This document shows, one piece after another, positions 1-18,015 of a stretch of DNA of 64,000 bases. The DNA is from the human T2T-CHM13v2.0 reference genome, Homo sapiens. A program made the position numbers and the translations under genes. Every line of letters begins with the position of its first letter. Position 1 is the stretch's first letter. The DNA is taken from the NCBI RefSeq assembly GCF_009914755.1, contig NC_060925.1. The stretch is one strand, 5' to 3'. The notes under the pieces are model-generated. The model did not search any database. It saw only the letters and a list, made by a program, of their open reading frames with translations, and had not been told where the DNA came from.

Positions 1-29
1 GAGAAAGAAATTGAGAGAAAGGGAAATCA

Positions 30-440
30 CCCAGCAGGAACCTGGGCCATGAACTTGAAGGAAGCGGAACTGGCTAGCCCTCCTGGTCCTAGAAACCAGC
101 CACAGGGAAATGTGAAAGTACATCCTGTATGTCCTTGTGAGGAGAGATAAATATTTCCATGACTGCATGAGCTGTGAGTCCCAGCCCCTTCCTGGGACAG
201 CCCAGGAAATGCAGGCCTTAATGGGGGTTTGGGGATGGGTAGACTCTCCCTATCTCCACAGATGGTCTCTGTGCTGGGTTGGGAGGTGAGGGCAAGCAGA
301 GGTCTTGGAGAGTCACAGCACAGGCCCCTCGTGTTTTTGGGGGTTTGGAGCAAGTCACTCACAGGAGTGACTCAGCTATAAAACATGAACCTGCTCCCCT
401 TCCAACCAGCATCTAAGACCCAGTATCACTTTATCAAGGT
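30..440. promoter_or_regulatory. Candidate haematopoietic enhancer upstream of TAL1 (ETS/GATA/E-box/AP-1-NF-E2 motif cluster)
   Basis: GGAAGCGGAA 60-69, AGATAA 145-150, CAGGAAAT ~203-210, CTATCT 250-255, CAGATG 259-264, TGACTCAGC 368-376, TTATCA ~431-436, in apparently repeat-free sequence. Confidence 0.4.
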
Positions 441-3400
441 AGGAACATCGGTTTTAGGGAACTGAAGCACATGCTTATTTCAACCTGCTGCTCCCAAGGG
501 ATAAGGAGGAGAAAAAGAAGGAGAACCTAGGCTCTGAAGCCACACAGGCCAGAGTTCAAATCCTGACTTCACCACTTAATTCACCTGTGTGGCCTTGGGC
601 ATGTCACTTTACGCTTGAGTCTCCATTTCCTCACAGGGATAATCCTAATCTGATGTTCAGGTTAAGAGCATGGGATCTGGGCCGGGTGTGGGGGCCCACA
701 CCTGTAATCCTAGCACTTTGGGAGTCTGAGGTGGGCAGATCACTTGAACCCAGTAGTTCAAGACCAATCTGGGCAACATGGTGAAACACCATCTCTACCA
801 AAAAGAAGGGCATGAGATCTGGAACCAGACTGCCAAGATTTGAATCAGTATATTGGCTGTGTGAACTTGGGCCACATTACTTAATCTCTCTATTCCTATT
901 TCCAGCCTACTAAATGGGAGATTAGAATAGTATCGACTTCATACAGTTGTAAGGAATAAATGAGTTAACAAATGTAACAGACTTAAGACATAGCAGGTGT
1001 GTTCAGTAAAGGTTAAGTATTGTTATTACTGCACCAAATTGTGATGATTAGATGAAGGAATATGTGTAATAATGCTTTCCTTTAAACCCTACTGATCCCC
1101 AATGCGGCAAGCAAATAGTATTGGTTCCATAGCAGACAGTTTCTGGTCTTTAAAAAGATCTCTAAGAATAGTTTCATTTTCCTTCCCTCAATCTCATTCT
1201 TATTCCACTATCCTGAACCAGGAGTTTGTCACTTATTGCAGGTCTTTTCTTCTGATTTGTCCCATTTCTTGGTAATTCTGAGTACTTCTGAGTGTCTGCA
1301 TGTGAAGCTGCATATTTGCTTCCACTTACCTGGAAGGGCTATTTTGAGGTCTAAATGAGATACTGAGTAGGACTCTGATCAGTGTTAGATGAATATGATT
1401 CTGCACATATGAGTCCGAGCATGCACACATGCACACCTACAACACTAGGATCTAACAGCACCTTCTTTTTCTTCGTTATGCTCCTCAGAGTCTAGCACAT
1501 CGCCCATGACATAGCAGGAGCATTCAGCAGATCTTTTCCGTGTAGCTCTTCCTTGGACAAGAGGATCACACACAGTCCCTGTTCTTGAGGAGCTCCCAAG
1601 CTGGTTGTAATGAATTCTGAGAGGACAAGACAAGGACCAGAGAAAGCGCTATGGAACTTCTTTTCTTTTCTTCTCTTTTCTTTTTTTTTTCTTTTCTTTT
1701 CTTTTCTGCAGCCTTGATCTCCTGCAGTCAAGTGCCTCAGTCTCCTGAGTAGCTGGGACTACAGGTGCACATGGCATCATACTCAGCTAATTATTTTATT
1801 TTTATTTTTTTGTAGAGACAGAGCCTCCCTATGGTGCCCAGGATGGTCTCAAACTCCTGGGCTCAAGTGATCCTCCCTCTCAAAATGTTGGGATTATAAT
1901 GCATGAGCCACCGTGCTTGGCCTGCTATGAAGTCTCTAAGAAGGATAATATCACTTCCACATGAGGATTCCAGGAAGATTCTTTTAGGATGGGAGGGGAG
2001 GCAGAGGTTTTCGGGGGTCCACAGGACTTTGAACCTGTAGAGAGTTTGGAGGCAAAGGGAGTAATGTAAGCAAAGGTAAGAAGGCTGAAGAGTGTCTGCG
2101 TGCATGGGGGCTGCCTTCCTTTTCTGTCCTTTGTGGTATGTCCAGGCGAACAGAGAGGCCTGGGTTTGATTGCTCAGTACCTAACTTTCTGACTCACATG
2201 CCACGGCATATGGTAGTAAAACCTGGAAGGCTAGAGTCCTGAATTCCAGCCCCAGCTCTTGCTTACAACATTGTGTGAACTTGAGCAGGTCCCATCTCTT
2301 CTTTGGACCCCAGGGTCCTCACGCATAGGAGGACTAAGTGATTGCTTAAAGCCCTCAAGCTCTCACACTCTTGGATACCTGATGTCATCTTTCCGTTGTG
2401 TTTGTGATCAGCCCCTCCCTCACCCCTTTGTGGCCCCAGACCTCCCATGAAGAGGCAGGACACAGAGCTCTCCCCAAATCCATCCTTTTCCTGGAGTTCA
2501 GCCTCTGACCAGGAAGTGGGAAAACAGGATTTCCTCTGAGGATGTTCTCTGTGACCCAGACAGTTCCGGTTTGGGGAGTGGGGAGGAAGAGATAGGGAGC
2601 ATCATCCAGGCTTCCAAACCTTAAAGCACCTTTTCATGGGCTTTATGTTTTGAGCTCCTTAGAAACGGAATGCGTAATTCAGAGCTGAAGAAAGATATGT
2701 TGGTACTTTGAACAGATAGTACTTAACACTGTTGTGGGGAATGACAGAATTTCCTTTTAAATTATGAAATATGTTAAACACTGTATTAAATAAAAAGTAA
2801 GGAAATATCACTTCTGCCTGTGGAAATCCTTCAAAATCTTTCAAAGCCCAACTCCAGTGCTCTCTCTTGCAGGAAGCCTTTCTCTCCTCTGGATTTTCAA
2901 ACAACTGCTCACATACGATTTCCACACCATCATTTCATACAATCACAGCATATCAGAGAAACTCAGGGCTAACCCCTTCACCTCAAAAACTGAGAAACTA
3001 AAAGCCAGTGACTTGTCCAATGTCACAGAGTTTGGGACAGAGCAACAACAGGAAGCCAATTTTTGCTGACTCCTAATTTGGTGTTCTATCTACTTGTGTG
3101 TCTTTTCTTTCCTATCTTTGGTTCCCTTCCCCAAATCCCCTCTTCCAAATGCTATACCTATTCATAGCTCCTTGCTTTTGCAGAAGTGGTTCCCTCCATC
3201 AGAAATATCCCCGGCTCCTCTTTTCTTTCCTATTACTCCTGATTCTGGGAAAATGTCACCGCCTCTGTAGAATATTCTGAAAATAACCTCCCATCTTCTC
3301 TTATATTCTCACGTTGTGTTGTTTCATTATAAGCACTTATCTAATGGTACTGCTAATGTTTGCGTGTCTCTCCCTCATTAGACTGAGTTCCTAGAGGGCA

Positions 3401-4312
3401 CATTTTATTCATCATCTTACGCTCAGCTTCTAGCTCGGTGTCCAGCAGGATCAACATTATTTATCTGTTGAATGACTAGGTGCAAAAACGATACTGGTGC
3501 GTAGAGGAAAGGTGGAGGGAGTGGCTGCATTGGGCTAGATGCTGTGGAGGGACACTAGGCTGGTGTCCTGCTTGTTAACTATAAGTGTATGATTTTAGCC
3601 CAGTTATACTTTGGTTCTGTCTCATCATTGGTAAAAAGGGATCAATTTTGCCTGCCATACATATTTCAGTAGGGTTTTGTTGTGAGAATTCTATGTGAAA
3701 AATATGTGGAAAAGCACTTTGCAAAGTGTGAAGGAGTCTGCAAACGTCAGACATTATCAGGAAATTTATATTGCTGGTATAAGGGCCCCTCAGTTAATCT
3801 AGGAGGCTAGGGAAGGTTCTGCCTTCAGGAGCAATGCCTAGAAAACAAGGGCACAGAAGGAACTTTTTATTCCTCCAATTTCCCAGAGCCCTTATAGTAC
3901 AGACTCAGTACTAGTTTATCACATTGTAAAATCAATGGAAGTGAACACTTTAACATTAACAGAGCTGGGGTTGCCTGCTTCAGAACATATGAGTAAAAAA
4001 TGATTGCTTCTGGTCTTGGCTAAAGGGCAAGAGATTCCTTCCTGAAGAAAAGGAAAGTGGGGCAGCTTGGAGGAGAGCACAGTATTTAAAGACAGCATTG
4101 GCTGTAGTATTTGAAATAATTTATTCAGCTCAAGATCTATTTCTTGCAGAAAGCTCTCCCTGAATTCCTCAGGCCGGAGAGGTTATATTTCTCAATGGCT
4201 TAGTAAGACCTTGAGCTCTAGAGTTATACTTAAACTTGAATCTCTGGTAGCAACTTACATGGGTAAATTACTTACCTGAGGCTCTTCCCTCAACTATGAA
4301 GATAACAATCAC

Positions 4313-5000
<688 letters not shown>

Positions 5001-5598
5001 ATCACCAACTGGTGTCAGCCAGGAGTCTTAAATGAACTAATGCATGTGAAGTGCTCTGCACAGTGCCCTGTGAGCACACAGTAAGTCTTAAAAAGATGGA
5101 CATGATCACCAATACATTGTTTTGGCTCCTTAGAGTCTAGATCATTCATGTTGGCTTTTCATCATACTCTCATAACTCTTGTGACTATTTCCTGGGTGTA
5201 TCTGTTTTCTGTAGAATCTTTACAGCTGGCAAAGGCAAGGATACTGTTTAACATGTCTACATCCACTTCTGTGGGGCTTAGCACAGGGCAGGATAAAGCA
5301 GAGGACAAAAGTGGAGCATGGAGTAGTTATTGATTTAAACTAACCGGCAAGGGGCTTAGAGGTTGAGTGAGGAGACTTTTGGCGAAGTGGGGTAAGAGTG
5401 GTTGCCAACTGGCCAGGACTCGGACTAACAGGTTTGTTTCCCAGAAGTTAGGTAATATAAGTTCCATCATTTTCCTATTCCATTTGAAGTAGCATCCATG
5501 TTATCTTATAAACAGTATGCTGCAGGACTGGAGGAAAGAAATTCAGAGATATGTCACTTGATAGGCAAGTATCTCCAAAGTATTTTTTTCTTTTTTGA

Positions 5599-5928
<330 letters not shown>

Positions 5929-5964
5929 TAAAAGCTATCATAGCAACTAATTTGCCAAATAACT

Positions 5965-6247
5965 TGTACTAGGCCATTTTTGCATTGCTCTAAAGAAACA
6001 TCTGAGACTGGGTAATTTATAAAGAAAGGAGGTTTGCGGTGGTGGCAGGGGTGCAGGTTAGGCACCACACACTTTTTAAGCTTTTAAATGACTAGATCTT
6101 ACCTGAACTCACTATCTTGAAGATAACACCAAACCATGAGGGACTTGTCCCTGTGACCCAAACACCTCCCACCAGGCCCCACCTCCAGCATTAGGGATTA
6201 CAATTCAACATGAGATTTGGTGGGAACAAACATCCAAACTCTATCAA
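5965..6247. mobile_element. MaLR LTR (MSTA/THE1-like, internally deleted)
   Basis: tgtactaggccat...gagactgggtaatttataaagaaa ... caattcaacatgagatttgg...ccaaactctatca. Confidence 0.8.
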
Positions 6248-6316
6248 CCTTCTCATTGTAAAACACCTTCCAGAGTAGGCTTCGGTAATGGTTCCTCTTC
6301 TCTTGGCACATGTTTA

Positions 6317-6717
<401 letters not shown>

Positions 6718-7439
6718 AAATGTGGCCTTAAATTGGATGTGGTAATTAGACTTTGCCTAAAAAGCTTAGGTTCCATTTTTACTATTAAGATAGCTTCGTT
6801 TGGTATAAACATTACAGGGCTCCCAGTGATAAAGGTACTTGATGAGGCTGTCAGTTAATTCACTGTTTCTTCAATAGTGTGCAATATAAATCGTATCTAC
6901 ACTCGTTGAGTGAAACTGAGGGCTAAACAGAACACACTTGAAGTGGCACTGACAATTCCATTACGTAAACTTACTCCAATAAAACATGTAAGTGAATTTT
7001 TATGCTATTTATTAAAATAACTAAAGTCTCAAACAATGTGCATGGAAACACAGGGCAAGACATCACCACTGCCACTTACATGTCTTAATTTTAACTTGAA
7101 AGAGCAATGATGTAGGGAAAGATGCACTAACTGGTCCATGGCTCCAGTGGGGAAGAGTAGGGAGCCACCATGTTACTACACTTGGGCTTGCTACTGTAAA
7201 GTGATATCAGGTTTTCTCAGAAAGCCACAGCTGGGTTGAAAATGGATCCAAAGTCCATTTATTTCCAGTTTACATATCAACTTTGATATGAAGCAACAAC
7301 ATCTCAATTTAACTTCATCAGAAAAGCCTTATCTTTCAACTCAATGAGGACTCTTTAATTTATATTCAAATGTAACAATTTAAGACCTTTTAAAAAGGTT
7401 GTGGGGGATGTGCCAGGAAAGAACTGATACACTCATCGA

Positions 7440-8510
<1,071 letters not shown>

Positions 8511-8575
8511 GAGTTTTTTAAAAAGTGGAGAATAAACTATAACAGACAACAAAGGAAAATAGTCAATCTAGACAT

Positions 8576-8581
8576 TTTATT
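8576..8581 (-). terminator. Distal polyadenylation signal AATAAA
   Basis: TTTATT on +; a GU/U-rich element (ttcctttgttgtctgtt) follows about 20-40 nt downstream on the minus strand. Confidence 0.75.
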
Positions 8582-8797
8582 AAGTTCTATTAAAAAATAT
8601 TAAGACATCTGAAAAACTCAGAAAGTTTATAAAACACACTCATACTCAATAATTTTCTTATTCTTTGATAGCCAGTGTGACATGTTGAAGATGTTACACC
8701 AAAACCAACCCACCATACTGCAAAAAGCTGTATCTCGAGTTTAATCAACATGCATCCTAATTAAGGGGAAATACACTCTTGTATAAGAGTGTAAGTT

Positions 8798-8803
8798 TTT
8801 ATT
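8798..8803 (-). terminator. Proximal alternative polyadenylation signal AATAAA
   Basis: TTTATT on + within the 3' UTR. Confidence 0.45.
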
Positions 8804-8952
8804 AAGTTGTTTTTAAAAATAACTTTTCCCTTAAACTTAGGAAGGGTTGATTTCGCTAATTTACCCAACACCATGATAACTTATGTTCTTTTAATGATAT
8901 AGGATAAATGCAGAGATGCAACATGCTGGAACTTCTTAAAATATACAGTATA

Positions 8953-9243
<291 letters not shown>

Positions 9244-9549
9244 TACAGTATAAAAGAGCAGTTGAGACTTAGAGCTGGATAGTATCTGTCTACTACTTAA
9301 ACTTGTAGGAATAACTGATCTCAGGGCTTTTCTTAAAGGTTTCAGTGATGTTGAACAGCTCTATTTGAACAATGAGAACTTAGTCCTATCACCAGCCAGC
9401 CATCTCACAGAAGTCACTCTTCCCAATTGGCTGCTACCAAGAAACAGTGACTCCAGAATGATCAGGAGCCTTGTGGTAGGCTCCTGTTTTCCCTAAGTAT
9501 CTTCAGGAGACACCCTGTCCCTGTATTAAAAGGGCAGGGAGTTAAAAGG

Positions 9550-10365
<816 letters not shown>

Positions 10366-11189
10366 TTACCATATTCTAAGTAATACATAGTTCTCAATGT
10401 GTTCCATTCTATACAAGCAACAAAAGATCTTCAGCTTTAAGTTCATGGTCCTTTTATCTAACTACTCAGACATCTAAGTCTTGATGATCCAGATACACAA
10501 AGGATACATATGGGCTGGGTATAGTGGCCCAAGCCTCCAATCCCAGCAGATTGGGGCACTGAGGTGGGAGGATTGCTTGAAGCCAGGAGTTCAAGATCAG
10601 CCTAGGCAATATAGCAAGATCTTGTCTCTACAAAAAAATTTAAAAATTGGCCAGGCATGGTGGTGCACATTTATAGTCCCAACTACTCAAGAGGCTGAGG
10701 CAGGAGGATTGCTTGAGCTCAAGAGTTCAAAGTTACAGTGAGCCATGATCGTGCCACTGCACTCCAGCCTGGGCAACAGAACAAGACCCTGTCTCTTAAA
10801 AAAGAAAAAATAAAGAAAAAATAAAAAAAGGGATACAAATAATAGCCTAGAAGGTAATCCATGATTTACAGGTTTAAAGTGGAATACAAATTAATTTTCC
10901 TAAATCTGTATATCAGTCATGGTTTTAAGAACAAATACAAGGCCCCAAATGTAAAAGTCATCAACATAGCTATGAGTCATTTAATTTACGACTATTAGCC
11001 CAAACAGCACAAGAGATCAGCTAATGTTTAATGTAAAGTAAAACATAAAAATAAAATCAGACACAAAACACATTTGATTATATAACAGTACAAGCTTTAA
11101 TAAGTAGCTCAGAAAATTAAATTGTTCATAGTTGAAGAGATTCCATTTGCAATTAATAAAAAACATCAACCAGTCTCTGGATATGGGCT

Positions 11190-11192
<3 letters not shown>

Positions 11193-11236
<44 letters not shown>
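11193..11236 (+). repeat. (AC)22 microsatellite
   Basis: Read directly. Confidence 0.95.
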
Positions 11237-11238
<2 letters not shown>

Positions 11239-11395
11239 ATACTTTTTTCATTAGTTATAATCTTCAACTTACTTTGATTAGTGTTAAGTCAACTGACTTA
11301 CCTTTTCCTTAATATCACATATATAATAAATAGCTGCTAATTTTTTTTTTTGGAGACAGGGTCTTGCTCTGTTGCCCAGTCTAGAGTACAGTGGC

Positions 11396-11423
11396 AACTG
11401 CATGTCATTTGCTAATGTTGGCA
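11396..11423 (+). repeat. 28-nt inverted copy of STIL last-exon sequence (10266-10293) inside a rearranged Alu
   Basis: AACTGCATGTCATTTGCTAATGTTGGCA is the exact reverse complement of 10266-10293. Confidence 0.93.
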
Positions 11424-12429
11424 CAATTACAGACTCAGGCTGCTCTCAAACTCCTGAGGTAAAGCGAGCCTCCCTCCTCGAATTCCCAAAAGTGTTGGGA
11501 TTACAGGCGTGAGCCACTGTACCCAGCCTGCTAATTACTGAGTCGTTATATATGCCAGGTACTCTATTAATGCTTTACATGCATTATTCATATACATTCC
11601 TTACAGTAACCTTTGTCAGGGAGGTATTCTCTATGGAATATTTCTATCTTATTCTCCATTTCAACATCTTACATTCCCTTTCCCCTACTTTTTTGTTTTC
11701 TTTTTAGCACTTACCGCGGTCTATACATTGAATACACACATCTACATATTCAATCAATGCTCGATTCTTATTTATTGTCTAGCACCCTCATGAAAGCCAA
11801 TAAGGACAGAGTTTTGTCTGTTCTCCTGGCCCCCACTGCAGTATCCTCGATGCCTGGACACACATAGTAGGCACTCAGTAAGTACTTGTTGAATGAATAA
11901 AAGTAGTAGGTACTATTGTTATATTTACTCTCAGTTGAGAAAACTGAGGAATAGAGATTTGAGCTATTTTTTCCAAGCTAAATAGTACATAGCAAGCTGA
12001 GATAATCCATGACTGCCTTACTCTCTGGGGCTCTGCAACCACTCTTTTACTGTACTATATTCAGTAACTTGGATTTTTTCTATCAGAGTCCTTTGTGCAC
12101 TATTTGTTGTGGTGAACATTATATTCTAGTCAAATATGCTATGGCTTTCTACATCATCCCATGAAGAAATTCAGCTGTTTTATATGTGCTAGCCACTGCT
12201 TGCATTCACAGACCCACAAAAATCAAACAACCATTATATATTTTCATTCTTATAAGCACCTGAAATTCGCAAAAAACTATTTCCAACCACTAATAATCCC
12301 TGAAACCAGGCCAGGCATGGTGGCTCCCGCCTGTAATCCCAGCACTTTGGGAGGCCGAGGTGAGCAGATCACCTGAGGTCAGGAGTTTGAGACCAACCTG
12401 GCCAACATGGCAAAACCCCGTCTCTACTA

Positions 12430-12681
<252 letters not shown>

Positions 12682-12867
12682 TTACAACCTTGAAATTCTC
12701 CCTTAATCTTCTTGGCATTTAATGCTTTGAAGACTATTTTAATAAGATGAAAGAGATACTACTAATTTATCCAGACATTATTCTTTTATTCATAGTGACA
12801 ATACTTTTGGAAGTCTTTTTCTACTTTGCCTATTTCCTCAGTCTATAGATAATGTTAATGTAAATAA

Positions 12868-13255
<388 letters not shown>

Positions 13256-14835
13256 TAGGGCTTCTTTTATAGAATGGTTAAAAGATCCATAAAGTAGTCA
13301 ATATCAGTTTAGAAGGCTATTCAAGTTTCAATGCCTAACACAAGCTAGCCAATTTCAATTTGGAGGGTGCGCTAGGGGCAATGAGATATCATTACTTTAA
13401 TAGCAAAACAAATCAAGACAGGCACAGTGGTATGCACACCTGTAGTCCTAGCTTCTCAGGAGCCTGAGGCAGGAGGATTGCTTAAGCCCAGGCATTCAAG
13501 GGGCCACCCTAGGCAAAATAGAGACCACATCACTAAAAAAAAAATCAATAATACTCAGAAACCAAAGCATATAAACACTAGGGTAATTAAGACGAAAAGC
13601 AAAAAGGAACCCATTCCACTAATCAAATCCTAAAAGCCTGAGCACAAATATATGCCTATGTTAAAATCTCATTAGATGTGCAGCCACAAGGAATGATGAA
13701 AGTCCATGAATAAATTTGAGTTAGCCACATGTCAACAATTTATGGGAAGCTCTAAAATTATTCCAACTCAGATGACAATCAAGACCCCCATCTCTACAAA
13801 TAAAAATAAGCTGGGTGTGCTGCTGCACACCTGTAGTCCCAGCTACTCAGGAAGCTAAAGTGGGAGGATCATTTGAGCCCAGGAGATTGAGGCTGCAGTT
13901 GAGCCATGATTGTGCCACTGCACTGCAGCCTGGGCAACAGAGCGAGACCCTGTCTCTCAAAAAAAAAAAAAAAAAAAAGTCAACTTTGATTCATGATCCT
14001 ATTTGAATCCAGATTAGTTATCTACTACTTATCCTACACAGTTTTTCAACTACTAAGCAGATAGCCAGGAAGCAAGGTAAAGAAGCAACTAGAGAGACTA
14101 CTTGAGACAGGTTTTGAATTCAAAAAGTCACTCCAATTGGGAATATGTAGAGGTTGCTTCCAGACCTCGAACCCACAATCTCCATTTCCTGCACAATTTC
14201 TAGGTTTGTCTGGCACCCTTTTTCCCTGCCTTCCTGCCTTTAGACTCTCTTAATCTCTGCGGCATTCTATTAACAGGAAAATAGAAAGCAGGTCTTCCTT
14301 CCCCTGCCTTAGCCACTCTTCTGGCGGAATGATGTGCTCCTGGAGTCCAGAACTGGAACATGAAATGAGTTTTCACATAGACACAATGATAAAAGACGGC
14401 TGATTTACAGAGCTAGAGGAACAGCATGGATTATAAGGATTAGTTTCCTAGAATATTCAACCTATAATCTGTAACACTGTTTCTATAGAAAAATGTGTCT
14501 TACATTCTAAACAACGGCCTTATAAACTTTTAGTATACCAGTTATATTATACCTACACATGTTAAAAAGTTAACAATATAAGATTATAAATACCGACAGT
14601 AAATACTACAAAGACACTAAAAATGAACCTTCACTGTAAGCGTCGGTGATGACCTGAGTAGGAGGAATGTCGTTCATTCAGCAAATGACTCATTGAAGGC
14701 CCACTAAGTTAGTGGTAGAGGCAATGAGGATTTAGAACTATATAAAATCTTCGCTGGAGCAGTGGCTCATGCCTGCAATCCCAGCACTTTGGGAGGCCGA
14801 GACTGGCAGATCACAAGGTCAGGAGTTTGAGACTA

Positions 14836-15078
<243 letters not shown>

Positions 15079-15122
15079 CTACAATTTACTGAGAACGAGG
15101 TATTTTAAGAGTACAAAACATC

Positions 15123-15392
15123 GGCCAGGCACGGTGGCTCACGCCTGTAATCCCAGCACTTTGGGAGGCCGAGGCAGGTGGATCATCTGAGGTTGGGAGT
15201 TCGAGACCAGCCTGACTAACATGGAGAAACCCTGTCTCTACTAAAAGTACAAAATTAGCCGGGCATGGTGGCGCATGCCTGTAATCCCAGCTACTCAGGA
15301 AGGCTGAGGCAGGAGAAATCACTTGAAGCCGGGAGGTGAAGGTTATGGTGAGCCCAGATCATGCCACTGCACTCCAGCCTGGGCAATAAGAG
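15123..15392 (+). mobile_element. Tail-less, 3'-truncated Alu with a 17-bp TSD
   Basis: TAAGAGTACAAAACATC at 15106-15122 and 15387-15403; no poly-A. Confidence 0.9.
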
Positions 15393-17195
15393 TACAAAAC
15401 ATCAATACACTCTGAGAGGTCCAGGAAACTGACCAAAGAGGTGACATTTGAGTTCAGCTTTGAAGGATAAGGATTTTGGCAAGCAGAAAGGTAAAAAAAA
15501 AGAGCACCTCAGATAAAAGTAACATCAAGGAATCTTGCAAATGCCAATGGCAAGTAGGCTGGAACTTGGTAGAGAATGGTAGGACATTATACTAAAAAAC
15601 TAAGTTTAAGTCAAACTGAAACAATGCGAATTAATCAGGTAGGCCTCAGATAGGCTGGGAGGATATTCCAGACGGAGCCTAAGATAACAGGGAAACTAAA
15701 TTTAACTCTTATGTTGGAGAAACTATTGCAGTACAGTTTCCTATTTAATCAAAATGACATAGAGATGATGGCACACGCCTGTGGTCCCAGCTACTCAAAA
15801 AGCTGAGGCAGGAGGATTGGCTTCAGCCCAGGAGTTTGAGGTTACATAAATTATGATTGTACCATCATACTCCAGCCTGGGTGACAGGCCTGGGTGACAG
15901 AGCAAGATCCTATTTTTAAAAACTAAAAAAAAGTTTTAAATATACAGATATTGCATCAATAATAAAATATAACTTTCAAAACTTTAAGATATTTTTGGTC
16001 TTAATTAGTACAGATCTTTAAAAGGGGCCATTTTGATGTAGATCAATTACAACACAGTATGAAATACTCCTAAAGTTAGCTACCTTTCTTTTTTCCTTTC
16101 CTTTATAAATTAAGTTAGCTACCTTTCCTATGTGATTCCATGGCATTCCCTATCCTTCCATTTCATAGCAGGCATAAAAGATATTGACTATCTGTGTCTT
16201 CCCCACTGAACTGTAAACTCTATGAGAACAAAGATGTCTTTCTTTATCAGGTTATCTTGTGTATTACGATATCTCTTATAGGCTGGCTCATAGAAACTCA
16301 GTAAGTATTTGTTGAAGTGAATGTATTGGTGAAATGGTAGCTGGCACACATGTATATGTGTAGCTGGTAATAATACTTACTCTTTCAGAAAGCAACTTAG
16401 CAACAGCTTTAAAATTTTTGTATCATTTTACCTTAGTCTTTCCATTTCCGAGATTCTATTCTAAGGAAATAATCCTAAAACTGAAAAGCAATATTTGCAA
16501 AAGATCATCACAGCAACATTAAAATAGTAAGAAACCACAACTAACGTGACAAGTTGGTTCTCAGTTCTGACAAGAGGGGAAGGGTTAGGATACATAGCCT
16601 CTATCTTGCAACATGGATAAAAAACTCAAAAATGCTAGCCTCACTCTTTTACACTATTGGTAGGAATATAAACTGGTACAACTATTTGATGAGCAATGGT
16701 AGCATCTACTAAGACTTTGAATGCACATACTCTTTGATCCTGCCTATCTAGGAATTTATCCTACAAAGATACTTGTACCTGTAGAATGATGTTCACTTAG
16801 GATTGCTTGAAATAACAAATAAGAGATTTGGCCTAAAGGTCCATTAATAGAGCACTGGGGTTCAATATATTCTAGTACAAGGGTACAAAAGAATATTATG
16901 CAGCTGTTTAAATACATGAGAAAGAACTGTATATCCCTATAAGGAAAAGTATCCAAGATATTATAATATCATGTTTAAAACAAAAACAAAAAAACAGGCC
17001 AGGTGCAGTGGCTCACGGCTGTAATCCTAGCACTTTGGGAGGCCAAGGTGGGAAGATTGCTTGAGTCTAAGAGTTTGTCTGAGACCAGACTGGGCAACAT
17101 AGCAAGACACCATCTCTGCAAAAAATAAAAAATTAGCCAAGTACTGGTGCAAGCCTGTAGTGCCAGCTACTCAAAAGGCTGAGATGGGAGGCTCA

Positions 17196-17309
<114 letters not shown>

Positions 17310-17402
17310 TCAAATCACAAAGCTTATCACATACACATATACTTGAACATGCATGGAACATTTCTAGAATACAAAAGAAATGGTTAAGAGAAGTAACTTT
17401 GC

Positions 17403-18015
17403 TTTTTTTTTTTTTTTTTTTTTTTTTTGAGACAGAGTCTTGCTTTGCTATCCAAGCTGGAGTGCAGTGGCGCAATCTCGGCTCACTGCAAGCTCTGCCT
17501 CCTGGGTTCACGCCATTCTCGTGCCTCAGCCTCCTGAGTAGCTGGGACTACAGGCGCCCACCACCACGCTCAGCTAATTTTTTGTATTTTTAGTAGAGAC
17601 GGGGTTTCACCGTGTTAGCCAGAATGGTCTTGATCTCCTGACCTCGTGATCCGCCCACCTCGGCTTCCCAAAGTGCTGGGATTACAGGTGTGAGGTACCG
17701 CGCCCGGCCTTTTTTTTTTTTTTTTTTTTTTTGACTGAGTCTTGCTCTGTCGTCCAGGCTAGATAGAGTGCAGTGGCGCTATCTCGGCTCACTGCGACCT
17801 CTGCCTCCCCGGGTTCAGGCAATTCTCTTGCCTCAGCCTCCCAAGTAGCTGAGATTACAGGCGCCCGCCACCGCACCCATCTAATTTTTGTATTTTTAGT
17901 AGAGACGGGGTTTCACCATCTTGGCCAGGCTGGTCTCGAACTCCTGACCTCATGATTCACCTGCCTCAGCCCTGCAAAGTGCTGGGATTACAGGCGTGAG
18001 CCACCGCGCCCGGCC
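17403..18015 (-). mobile_element. Two head-to-tail Alus sharing outer TSD TAAGAGAAGTAACTTT
   Basis: Two dimers; direct repeat at ~17385 and ~18016. Confidence 0.92.

Noticed and set aside
6970-7020. Opposed AATAAA hexamers (+ strand ~6978, - strand ~7008) as an extended STIL 3' end or an antisense transcript end
   Set aside because: Such hexamers are frequent in AT-rich DNA; unsupported without 3'-end sequencing data.
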